Program-made: the position numbers and the translations under genes | The notes under the pieces: model-generated | Seen by the model: the letters and a program-made list of their open reading frames with translations, nothing else | What the model was told of the DNA's origin: nothing | Databases searched by the model: none | Shown: positions 1 to 12,200 of the stretch, one piece after another | Position numbering within the stretch: position 1 is the stretch's first letter | Layout of the letters: each line of letters starts with the position of its first letter | DNA from: Callorhinchus milii | Lineage: Eukaryota | Direction of reading: 5' to 3' | Assembly (NCBI RefSeq): GCF_018977255.1 | Contig: NW_024704743.1 | Location: forward strand, 5,706,001 to 5,770,000 | Length of the DNA stretch: 64,000 nucleotides

Positions 1-1484
1 TAGCTAATTCTGGAGAGTATTAGGTGCAGGTTGGCAAGAGTCATGGCTTGAGGACCCCAGACCTTTCGCTGAAAATAAGGATCCGACATTGTTGTTGTTT
101 GTCTACATAGCTTTCACCTTGTCCGAGGATCTTTCCAAAGGAGTTTATCCTCTAATAGTATCAAAACTCTTGCTCATGAGCCTGTGCAGCTGAAGACAGG
201 GCAATTTTAGGGTAGACTTTATTCCACATTTACTGTCCATTCATTCCGTCAATATACTTTACAGTAATTCATCTGTCGCGCCTGGAGACATCCTCTCAAT
301 GTGAGAGGCGCCATATCAAATGTAAGGTTTATTGTTACTATTTATTCTTATTTGTGTAATATCTACTAAAACTATATTTTAACCTGCGGAAGCTGAGTTC
401 AGTAGATCAAGTCATAAATGTGGAGACACAATCAAAATAAGGATTGTTGCTAGAGGAAACAACGGGGAGGTTAGCATAATAGTTATTTTATAATTGGGAG
501 GGTTGTTGGAATAAGAACGAGTCTGACCACAAATGTGCTTTCATTGCATCCAGGTTTGACAATCCCAACGCCTTGCTCACTGCACTCCCCATCTCCTCTC
601 TACACAAGCTAGAGGTCATCCAGTGCTCAACAGCCCACATCCTCAACCCGCATCAAGCACCATGTGTCTATCGCCCCCACCTCCACTTAACTCCTCTGAC
701 TTCCTATCAACCAGCAGATTGAATTAAAGATCATTGTCCTTACACTCAGATCTTTCCATAATCTGCCCCTACCCTTACCTGAGACCTCTGGTTTGGATAT
801 TCTTAAACATGGAGATGGGTTTCCATATCGGGCTGACCAAAAGCAAATATATCCAAGAGTTTAAACCATATAGTTTGGTATATTCTGTAGACTATAATGA
901 ATAAATATAGCCTACAGCCAAATGAGAAGGCTACCAAGAACAGAGACCGTATCAAAACCAATGTGTAACTTGATAAAACGAAAATCAAGATTGTGCCAGG
1001 ACATGATAGAGCCAAATATATTACACATAGATGTGAGATCTGTAAAGTTCTGAGCTGTTTGAATCTCATCAGTCATATCCAGCCTAAAGCAATGGTAAAT
1101 GGTTATATTGAGAAAGAAAGTATAATTACCCACTCCTCTACCTGCCTGCTTCGCTAAGGCAGTTTGGGTCTTCTGTGAATCCCCGAATCCCTCCACTCCA
1201 CCATCAGCAGCTGTGCCTTCAGTCACAACAACTTTGAACCTCTGGAACTCCCTGCCTCCATCCCACCACCTTGATGTCTCTGTACTCATCTTCAGATCGC
1301 ACCTGAAGACTTTTCTCATCAAACATGCCCAAAGACACCTCCCCTTTCTCCTTGGCTCAGCATCAGCCATTGATTAGTGTTCCGAGATGAAGGACGCTAT
1401 ATAAATACAAGTGATTGGGTTTTTGATTAGATTGTGTGCCTGTTTGTATAGCATCATAAATTAAGCTTATTTGTTTTTCTGCAG

Positions 1485-1525
1485 AGGTCAGTTCAGGATG
1501 GTAAACGAAGACTAAGGAAAGACAG
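1485..1525 (+). CDS. MYO3A: Myosin IIIA tail exon (third from last), RSVQDGKRRLRKD(S)
   Basis: ttttctgcag acceptor, AG|gtaaa donor; peptide resembles the MYO3A tail segment RS.Q..KRR.RKDS as I recall it; phase-2 end fits the next exon. Confidence 0.85.
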
Positions 1526-2091
1526 GTAAACTACTCCTCAGTACATTTTATGTCTGGAAACACATGGGGGGCTATGTGTTCACAAACTGGATTTGAGTTG
1601 CTAATAGAGAGATTCACAAAGTAATGTTTTGCAAATTCCAAGTCAACAAAGTCGGAAAAGTATAAGTTCCACATCTGGAGTACAGCAACATACGGGGCTG
1701 TCCAGGCATCTAGTGACAGTGCATCAGAGAGTAACAAAGCTGATTACAAGTGTCAGAGGAATGTTCTTGAGCCACGATTAGACAGGCTAGGGCTCTTGAA
1801 TTTCGAAAGGAGACATTTCAGAGCATCTCAAAGAGGTACAGTAAATTCCTGATACCTCCCGGCTTCATTTGTCTCTACCACTTAAGTCATCATGCTGTCA
1901 ATATCCCGACCACATTTATTTATGTTTTATAGCTCACTTCTCTTGATAATTCATCACTGCGCCCTTTTCCCTTGAGGTGATGAGTTATCAGAGGTTACTT
2001 TATATAACATTTTAAATGGAATTGAGAAAGTAATAATAATTATCCTTGCATTTGAATCTACAAGTAATATGTCCATTATTTAACCCTGTAG

Positions 2092-2223
2092 CCAAGTAAA
2101 ACTTCTGGACACTGAAGATAGCTACTACAAGCAGATTTCATCGAGTGATTCATTCTCTAACGAAACAACAGACAGAAGATCATCTTCAGAATTACCCTCT
2201 GCAACTCCCACTCGATCCAACAG
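2092..2223 (+). CDS. MYO3A: Myosin IIIA penultimate exon, (S)QVKLLDTEDSYYKQISSSDSFSNETTDRRSSSELPSATPTRSN(R)
   Basis: ccctgtag acceptor, AG|gtagat donor, 132 nt open; KLLD.ED.YYK matches the class III myosin tail. Confidence 0.88.
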
Positions 2224-4821
2224 GTAGATGATATGCTTCCAGGATTTACTACCCGCATTACAACAGCCCATGCAAAGAAAACATCAGACACACTCTTTTG
2301 CGTAGGTTTTGTTTAAGCTAGGCTTTCTCGGTGGGGATTGTCAATGTGAATTGGTTTTGTTTTGTGGGCAGGTGAGCTGATAAAGTCAACTCAAATACAT
2401 TCTTTTTCAGTTCTTTGAAATCATCAGGAGGCAGAGAATTATGTCAAAGGGATTCCCAGATAGTGTGAATTGGACCGCAATATTACTTTTAGTTAGCCAG
2501 AAAATATTATAAAAATGCTGCACTTTTACAAATATTATCTGAGCAATATGAATGCAGTAGCCATGCTTTACCTGATATGCACACACATGTCAACATCAAA
2601 TAGAAGTGAAAACAAAAACAGAAGTCACTGGGAACACTCAGCAGGTCATGCAGCATCTATGGAGAAAGGAAAGTGAGTCAACGTCCACGACCCTTCGTCA
2701 AATAGAAGTGGATTCTTTAAGCTTGTTCATGCAAAGGGGAATTAACAACTGGAATAGTGTGAAGGAAAGGGTGGCAGAAGCCACAATATTGGACTCATTT
2801 AAAAAACAGCTTGTTGCTGTGATGGGAGGATAATAGGGTGCTGGAAGGATAAGATCAGATGGCCTAATGAGCCTTCTTTATCCAAACTAATCTTGTGATT
2901 TTGTGATCTGGTTTGTGGAATTATAGTAAACCTCATTCTAAATTATAGTGTCAATAGAGTATTTATTTAGTGTTACATAGTTTTGTCTTCTAACAAGCCT
3001 TTTAGCTTCACCTCCAAATACAAAAGTCAGTGAGTCAGTCAGATACTGTAAATAACAGGATTAAATAAATCATCCTCCCTCCTCAATATCCACAAATTTC
3101 AATGATTATCCTGTGATTATAGAAAAATCACAAGCGACTTGAATAGGAAATAGGCAAGTGTTTCAGAAAATGGTTTCAACTAAACTGTAGCCCTGATCTC
3201 ATTCTCTATGCATTGTTGTGAAAATTACTGAGGTGATTAGTAAGCAATGCAGTTGTTCAGACTTTTGAGTCTTTAAATTATAGAATATGAGTTTGAATCT
3301 AGTGCAGAGCAATGGGATGAAAAATTGCCCTGTCGATGGCCGCAAGTGTCCTTTGGGCAGTTCTAATCAAGATCCAAGTGGGTAAGGTTCCACTACATAA
3401 AACTGTCCTTAATTTGTATTTGGCGATTTTTGTTGGTATGGGAAATGGAAAATATTGCGCTATGAAATATAGCATTTTGAGGTTGGGTCTGAGGCAATGT
3501 AGAGGGGACTTTACTCTGCACCAACTATACTTTACAAAATAAAGTGCTTGATGCTGACACTGAGTGTCCAAGATGGGAAAAAATTATATATTTCCCAGTT
3601 CTAATAACCCTCACCTGGTTGAGCAAATTATTTTGCAAAGGGAACAACAAAGAAGGTTATTTGACAGTGGGCCTTGGGGAACACATTCACTATTATTCAG
3701 CTTATGTAGATAAGCAGAAGGATAGGTAGCTGGATCTTTTTCTGCTTTGCCCTCCCTGTTTATGAACACTCTGCTATATATGAAGCTGCACTTATTGGAT
3801 TTGTGGAATCTGGCAAAGAGCTAATGCCACGGGTAAAAAAAACAAATGCTGAAGTGGAGTTAATCTAAACTTCCTGACATATAGAAATGCCCACATCATT
3901 GGAGATGGTGGCCTTGGGGTCTGTACTTAGCCAGCTGTGATTGACTCTACTGATCCTGTTGCTTACGTATTGGTTCTTAGTACTTATAGCTGAAGTCTGT
4001 TGTTAATCGTGAGCTGTGTACCTGCAGTCAGATTTGGGATAGCTCTGGTATGTTAGCATTGCTCATAAATACAGACAGGTTAAAAAATGAACAAGCCCTA
4101 TTCTATCACATTGAGCTCCTTTTGTTTTGTTCACATTTACACTTACAATCCTTCCCATTCCCTGCTGCCACTGGACTTAATCTTCCATAACTGATGCCTG
4201 ATTGGGATCTAAATTATGGGATATGCTTATACCCTATGGGCTATTAGCCCAACTGGTATTTTAGACGCCAATGTCTTTCTGACTTGTGATATTTCATGAT
4301 TCATCATTTAAGAAGCTTAAGCATTGAAGCTGGGGCTGAGTGATATATGATGCTGGTTCCTTGCTCTTATGTGTCTGTTCTGGTCACTCTCAACTGCTGA
4401 TTATTGTGGATTGTTGGGCGAGTTTTTGACACTTTCTTTATTTCCTTCTTTGTATTTGTTTTCTGCCTTGTCTGCTGTTCAATCAAAAATCTTCAATAAA
4501 ATATTTTAAAAATCCTCGCAGAATATATTGGATATATTATTAAAAGCAAAGCATTTACAAATCACAGATGAGTTGAGAGGTCCTGAAGGTAATAGTTAAG
4601 ACTTTGTCAGAACTGGATTTAATCCATCCCTGAAGGGATGTCCTGATCACTCATCCTTTTACGGACGCAGAGAAGATCAGAATTGAATTTTCTAATATTA
4701 GTTCACTGTGGATAATCTTACTATTTGAAAAAAAAGCATAGAAATTGTAGCTAAATATCTCTGCCAAGAGATATTCTGACACATTCTTTTTCAAAGGGTA
4801 ATGGATTCAAAGGACAAGTGT

Positions 4822-5188
4822 GGCAGCCTGGCTCTGTTGGTAGCACTCTCACCTCTGATTCAGAAGGTGTGGGTTCAGGCCCCATGGTCCCATTTTGAAC
4901 TTCCACACTCTAGACTGACATTATAATGCAGTGCAGACTGTACGTTGTATTATTGGATGTGCTGTAAAACCGAGGTCCTATCTGCCTGTTCAGATGGATG
5001 TTAAGGATCCCCTGACACTATTCCAAAAGAGGAGGGAGATTCTCCCGGTATCTTGGCCGGAAATATAATTGATTATTCACTTCACGGCTGTTTCTGGGAC
5101 ATTGCTGTGTGCAAATTGGCTGGCAAAATACCCAGACTTCCTTCTGATCTGAAAGACACTATGTCATCGTTATTACTATATTATTATT
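4822..5188 (+). mobile_element. Deu-domain tRNA-derived SINE (SacSINE1/AmnSINE1-like)
   Basis: tRNA-like head GGCTC.GTTGGTAGCACTCTC...GGTTCA; core GATGTTAAGGATCCC and TTGCTGTGTGCAAATTGGCTG; family name from recall. Other copies at ~6610-6975(-), 10317-10700(+), 11860-12200(-), 34770-35070(-), 35095-35990(+), 48400-48860(-), 52700-53060(+), 59600-59940(+). Confidence 0.75.
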
Positions 5189-5599
5189 CTTCACATTAGA
5201 TAACCATATCTACTACTATGGAAGCTATGAGTAGGTACAGTGATGCCCAAGAATACTTAATACTTCTGGACATTACCTTCTTAAGCAAATATTTATGATT
5301 CAAAATATTTTCAACTTTTGTTTCCTATTCCTTTCGCTTTTCGGACTTTTATTGCACCTTTCATGGTGTTTCTAATAACCTGATAAAAAGGATGACGTGT
5401 AAGCTTCAATTATTTTTTCTGTGTAGTGTGTTGCTGTTTTTTCTGTGCTGTCAGCATCACTTTAGGCTTCATGGGTGGATTCCTCTTTACCCAGACTATC
5501 TTCTGTTTATTAAAATTAAGATTTTTTTACACACGACACAGGTTTGTTCGGTTGTGAAGTGCTCTACCTACAAATTGCGATTGAGTTGAAGCAGCATCC

Positions 5600-6080
5600 A
5601 TGTTAGTGTTTAAGAGGGAATTAGACAAATATCTGAACAGAAGAAATTGGGAGAGTAGGACATGGGTTTTGATAGAGTAAATAAGGAGACACTGTTTCAT
5701 CTGGCAGGTGGGTCATTAATCAGAGGACACAGATTTAAGATATTTGGTGAAAGAACCAGAGGGGAGGGGAGAGAATTCTTTTTCGTACCCAGAAAGTTGC
5801 TACGATCTGCAAGCCTGAAAAGGTGATGAAAGCAGATTCAATAGTAGCTTTCAAAAGGGAATTGGATGGGTATTTGAAAAGGAAAAAATTGCAGCACCAA
5901 GGGGTGAGAGCAGGGGAGTGGGACTGGTTGGATAGCTCTTTCAAAGAGCACGAAGGCACAAAGGACCGTATGGCCTCCTTCTGTGCAGTATGATTCTATG
6001 ATTAAATAGATTGCCCTTTCAGAGTGCCAGCACAGGCACAAGGCACAATGGGCCAAACAGCCTTCCTTTTGCACTATAGT
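5600..6080 (+). mobile_element. CR1-type LINE 3' fragments, a younger copy nested in an older one
   Basis: End of ORF2-like sequence, ATGGCCTCCTTCTGTGC and (ATTCTATG)n tail. Related pieces at ~2700-2910, 12280-12930, 50190-50410, 62600-63030(-). Confidence 0.75.
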
Positions 6081-7479
6081 TCCTCATTTTCTAGGTTCTC
6101 ATGGCTAAAGTGTAACTCTTAGACAATCTTAGCTATTTTGTTCTTAGAGCATTCTGCAGAAATTTATGTTTTGTTTAAAAGAACTGTAGTTCCTAGGAGG
6201 AAGTAAGGACTGAGAATGGTTTGATAATAATAATTTTATGTGATATAGTGCCTTATCACGTCGTTTCACAGTTTTGAGATTCTGGGAACAAATGCATTAG
6301 AGGAGGTTGGGTTTTGCAATGAGATTTGATTCCAAAGTTCAGGGAAGAACTTGAAGCACTATGATTTCTTTTGAGATACTGCAGAGGATTAAAGGTTTCA
6401 AATCACCGATAACTTTAAAAAAAAATCATGTTTGTTGACTGGAGGCTTAAAAGCCCATGGGAAAGAAACCAAATTCGGTGTTAGGGATAGGGGTTGAGAG
6501 CATGTTTTTACCATATTTATAAAGAATTTCTTAATTATCCCCAGCAACATTTAAGCAACAGAATGTATTTTGGAATGTTATATTTATCCCTCTATGAACA
6601 TTTTATTTAATATAATAATCCTTGCAATTAGTGTCTTATCCTGTCAACACAACGCCTCAAAGCATTTCACAGGATTTTACTGTATGATATAGTGACTGTG
6701 TATTTGTAGGTGAATGCAGCAGCCAATTTGCACATAGCAACATCCCACAAACAGCCGTGAAATGAATGGCCAATTTGGAGGATGCCAGGAGAAACTCCCT
6801 TCTCTTTTTGAATAGTGCTATGGGATCTTTAACATCCACCTGAGCAGGTTGACAGGAACTCGGTTTAGCTTCTCATCTGAAGTATGGCACCTCTGACAAT
6901 GCAGCAAATCCCAGAATAGTACTGGAGTACGAGGACAGGCTCAACAGAAACAAAACTTCTTGAGGTGAGAGTACTAAAACTCAGTGGTGAGAGTACTACA
7001 ATATAATCACAAGTGCTTAATATTCACTTTCCCTGCTATTTGGAGAATGAACTTTGTAAAGTTATGTGGACTGTAATGTATAGCAGTTTCTCGTTTTATT
7101 TACCCACATCTACATTCACATCTATTTGCTGTTCCTTGTATCTATCTCCGATGATCAAGATCATCATTTAGAAAGATATGTTACACTTGAACTATTCTAA
7201 CGGCATGTTATATTGCGATATAATTAGTGCTAATTGTTTTAGTCATTTGGAATCTGCAGATGGAGAGATTACACTTGAAAAATTATAGGAGGGCTGGTGG
7301 AGTGAGTTATTTATTAATTTCACTATAGCAGCATGTAAGTTGATTGGAATGTGTTATATGACCAGTTTTGCTGATATAAATGATTTATATTGTGGGCACT
7401 GCATCAAACCAATAAAGTACATGAATTCAATACCTAAAAAGCAATAACAATGGACAATTAAGGGCTTATACCTGAGCTG

Positions 7480-9200
7480 AAGGTTGGATACAAGAGGGGT
7501 GGAGATCAAGGAGGGAGGGGGTGGAGGTGGGAAGATGATCAAAGGTGTGGTCAAGAGGAATGTCTTGCGATGGACCTTGAAAGAGGCTAGGGGCAAGGCA
7601 AAGTGATTCTGGAATGGAGCGCTAGAGAGACATGGCAAAATGGCTAAAAGCACGACCACCAATAGTGGGACAAGAAGGGACGTGAAGCAGGCAGAGTGTA
7701 GGGAAAGGGCAGTTGATTTGGTTTTCGAAGGTCAGAAAAATAGGATGGGGCAAGACCGTGAAGGCCTTCAAAAGTGAGGACAAGGACCTTGAACTCGATC
7801 CTTTAGGAGATGGGGAGCTAATGGAGTCTTGCAAGGATAGAGTTGATAGGCTTCACAGAGCCTGGTGCAGGAGAGGACACAAACAGCAGAATTTTGAATA
7901 GTCTGCAACTTGCGGAGGGAAGAGTTGAGAAGTCTAGTGAGCAGATAATTACAATAGTCCAGCCCAGGGTTGATTTAAAAACAAGGATAAGGGTCTTGTT
8001 CTGCCCGAAGGGAGAGGTAGTGGCAGAGGCCGGAAGCGTTTTGAAGGTGGGGAAAAGCTGAACGAGTCAAGGCACAGATGTTTTAATAATAATAATCCTT
8101 GCATTTGATATAGAGCCTTATCACGCCTTTGAGACGTCTTAAAGCGCTTCACAGAATATACTGTAAAGTGAATTGATTGTATATTTTTCAGGCAAAACAT
8201 GGCAACCAATTGCGCACAACAGTGTCCCACAAACAGTCGTGGATTAAGTCACCAATATTTTTTTAAGGAATTATTATCCCCGGAAAAGCGATCTGCCAAT
8301 CGACTAACAACCTGGTTCCTACTTACTGCGAGGTAAACAGAGGCGTGAGGAATAAGGAAACTTGCCCAATGTTTCGCCCTGCCGGTAATCAAACCCAGGT
8401 CCTCTCGCTTGCGAGGCGAGTGCTCTAACCACTGAGCTTCAGGACTCCACTAGGACAATTGAGAATTGAACAAGACACCGAGGTTCATTACTAGCTTCGT
8501 AAGGTGGAGTGTGCATCTATGTAGAGTGATGCTGTCAGCCCCAGAGATAAAATGGCGCTGACGGGAGCCAAGCAGGTGAGCCTCTGTATTGAAAGGTAGC
8601 TCTCATGCAGGAAGTATTAGTCTTGGAAAAGAGGGTGGATGCAGAGAGATAGAATTGGGTGTCGTCCATATACATATGGAAGTTAATCCAATGCTTGCAG
8701 ATGACATCACCAAGTAGGGGCATGTAAATGTTAAAGAGGAGAGGACCAAGGATGGAGCCCTGAGGAACTCCCCAAGAGATGGTGCAGGGTGGAGAGGAGA
8801 ATCCATGTAAGGACAGAACCGTAAAGGAAGAACCGAATGGTCAACAGTGTTAAAGGCAGCAGAGAGATCAAGTAAGTCAAGGAGGCAAAGAAAACTTTTG
8901 TCACAGATGCAAAAGATGTCATTTGTGACTTTGACCAGGGTATTCTTTCTATTCTGAGCAGAGCATAATCCAGATTGGAGGGCTTTATACAAGGAATGTA
9001 GGGAGAGGAAAGAGTGAAATTGGGAAGCAACAACTAATTTGTTCCAGTGTTTGGGAGAGGAGTAGGGTTGGAGATGGGATGATAATTGGGGAATTGGGAT
9101 GGGTCAAGGGAAGTATTTTTGAGGATGGAGGTTATGACAGGTAGTTTTAAAAGGAATGGGAACTGTGCCAATAGATGAAGAGAGGCTAACAATGTCAATT
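7480..9200 (-). mobile_element. Degraded L2 LINE (RT domain to 3' UTR), interrupted by a SINE
   Basis: Minus-strand peptides LDLSAAFNTVDH and FHMYMDDTQFYLS; frameshifted. Confidence 0.85.
8084..8450 (-). mobile_element. Full-length tRNA-Ala-headed SINE with Deu-like core and (TTA)n tail
   Basis: Head GGAGTCCTG.AGCTCAGTGGTTAGAGCACTCGCCTCGCAAGCGAG with A/B-box-like motifs; tail ATATCAAATGCAAGGA(TTA)n. Other copies at ~9313-9610(+), 13442-13778(-), 14823-15193(-), 15764-16015(-), 16716-17060(+), 21880-22256(-), 31490-31703(+), 39085-39450(-), 43778-43960(-), 51020-51353(-). Confidence 0.88.
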
Positions 9201-12200
9201 AGCACGTTTACCTACTTTGTTTTAAAATACAGTAAGTCTGAAATTTAAAATAAAATATTAAATAAAGTCAATTTCTTCTTCTGCTCTTCTCAGGGACTGC
9301 ACACCCATTATAAAGAGTTCTGTATCGTAGTGGTTAGCATGCTCGCCTCGCAAGCGAGCGGACCTGGATTCGATTCCCAGGCTGGGGGGGAAACTTTAGG
9401 CAACTTTCCTTAATCCACACGCCTCTGTTTACCCAGCAATAAATAGGAACCCAATTGTTAATTGATTGGCAGATTGTTTTCTGGGGGCAAGAAACCCTCA
9501 CAAAAAAAATTGGCTGCCGCGTTTCACTCACAAGATATTCTGCGAAGTATTTGGGATGTCTGAACGATGTGATAAGGTGTTATATCAAATAATTATTATT
9601 ATATTATTGTAAGGTCCTATCTCAGTAACAAATGACTGTTGAATTCTCTTAAAGCCAGTTTTATATATATGTGTAATATAATTTTCCTTATATCTTCATT
9701 TTTCATATACTGTCTTATCATGCCATCGAGGTATCTGAAAGCACTTCACAGGCGGAACTGGAAAGTGGTGTGGGATTTATAGGAATGATTAACTCATTCA
9801 CTGACGTGTTTGCACAATCTGCCAAAGCTGCAGACAGATCTAAGCCTTAGCACCTAGGAAAGGGCTGAGTGATCAGCATGACATGTAGGTAGAGTGGGTG
9901 GAGTGAGGGGGTCCTCCCAGGAGCAAACTAGATGGGATTTCTGGGCAAACTGGATGCTCCTTCTGTTTATGTGACCAAATGTAACTCAATACCAACCAGT
10001 CGCAAAGCTTTGATTCAACTGATTTAACGGCTGTCAACATGATATCAGTATCCACCTCTGGTCCCACCGGCTTCAGCCAATATGTTGTAGTTGAACTATT
10101 CTAACTGCATTATAATGAGAGCTAATTATTTTACTCATTTGGAATCTGCAGATGGGATTTTCTGATTTCAGCAGAGCAGATAATGTGCATACTACTCAAA
10201 ACCCAAGATTCTCCCTGATCATGCAATAATTTCCCTGATTTGTTCACAGTTAAATACATGATTAACAACTGTTAGTCACTCACAATTGTTAGTCAAAATT
10301 GTTAACTGTAACAGGTGTCAGCCCGGCTCATTTGGTCGCATTCTAGTTTCTGATTCAGAAATCAGATTTGTGGGTTCAAGCCCCATATCTAAGGTGACAC
10401 TTCAGTGCAGCACCGGATTCTTCGAGATGTAGTCAGATGAGACTTTAAACAGAGATCCATTCTGCTTGTCCAGGATGTTAAAGATCCCACAGCACTATGC
10501 GAGTAGAGAAGAGTTTTTTCCAGTGTCCTGGCCAACAATAAAAATAAAATTGGAAATTCACTTCATGGCTATTTGTTGGCTGTGTGCAAATTTACTGTTT
10601 TGTTCGTCTACAAATACACCATCACTACACTTTTTAGTAAAATCTTGCGAAGCCCTTTGAGACATTGCAACGACGTGATAAGGTGCTATGTCAAATTATT
10701 AAGGAAAGCAATTGGATGTGTGGATAACATAACAACATAGAAGCCTGGGATCCCATACAGTTTCCCATTTATTTGCTCTTCATTCTGTGGTGTATTTTGT
10801 TACACAGGTATTACCATTTCATTCATCAGGGCTTTATCCTTGGTCCCCTCTTCTTCAATTTGTACATGCTCCCTCTTAGTGACATCATCTGTAGACATGG
10901 GGTCAACTTCACATGTATGCGGATGACACCCAACTCTATCTCTCTGCCTCTACCCTCGACTCCAAGACCACTGCTGTCCTGACAGAACGTCCTGGATGAG
11001 AGCTAACTTTCTATAGTTCAACGTCAACAATACTGAAGCTTTTCTGATTGGCTCCCGTCAGCGCCTCCAAACCTCAGGCACTGGCAGCAGATGTAATAGA
11101 GAGCTCCGAGTAGGAAAAAAGGGTATCCGAAGAGGTTGACCCAAAGACAAGTTGGAGAAATATGTTTTTTAAGAATGGTTTTGAATGCAGAGAGAGAGTA
11201 AGGAAGGCAAAAAAAAAACAAAAGCATGAGAGCTGAAGGCTCTTAAAGAGAATGCATTGGATTAAGAATGGAGAGATTTTCCCAACAAAAAAGAATGGGA
11301 AGAAAATAAGAATAAAACTAGCAAAGGGGACAGGCTGGAAGAGATTATATAGAGAGGGATTATCAGGACCACGGAGGGATGTGATGGTCAGGAAAATAAT
11401 GTTGATCTGTTGAGAAGCTAGGAGTCCGTATCATTTCGTGAAATTGGAGGCAATGGGTAAGGGAAAGAATTTGGACTGCAGAGGTTGGAATGAGTTGGAA
11501 CGAGGAGACCATTAAAAAAGTCAATCCTGCTGGTGAAGAAGGCATGAATGAGTATCAGCATTAATGTGGGTGAGGTAAGGGTATAATGCTCTGCAGGTAG
11601 AAGAAAACAGTTGTAGCAATAGATTAGATATGGAGGACAAGCCAAGATGAAACAATAACTATTTAAATCAGAGGAAACAGTCATTGAAGTTCATCCAGAA
11701 CCAATGCAAAGTTGCTGGCGATATCTGAGCAAGGGATCTTCAGTCTTTTCGATATTCAGTTTCAGAGCATTAAAGCTATTCCAGGATCTGATGTCAGTCA
11801 GGCAATCATTCAGATAAGCAACAGACTTGAAATCGAGGGTGGAGGTCAAAAAAAATCTCAAAGTGCTTCACTGAGCTTTTTTTCTGTAAAGAGTAGGTGA
11901 ACACAGCAGTGAATTTGCATACAGCAGTGTTCCACAAATGAATGAAGACTTTTTATCTGGAGAATTGCTGGCCAGGACACCAGAAAAAAATGGTCTTCTC
12001 TTTGCAAATAGTGACAAGCAACCTTTAACTCCACTTAATGGATCTCAGTTTAATGTCTCCTTTGAAGGGTGGCACCTTCATAATTGCAACGTTCCCCCAA
12101 CTTTGCATTGGAGTGTCAGCCTAGACATTACAGGTGTCAGCCTAGACATTACTAGACACAACCTTCTAACTCAAAGGTGAGAGTACTACCAACTGAGCCA

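Noticed and set aside
8375..8450. tRNA-Ala-like sequences here and in sister copies
   Set aside because: They are SINE heads that continue into SINE bodies; acceptor stems are not intact
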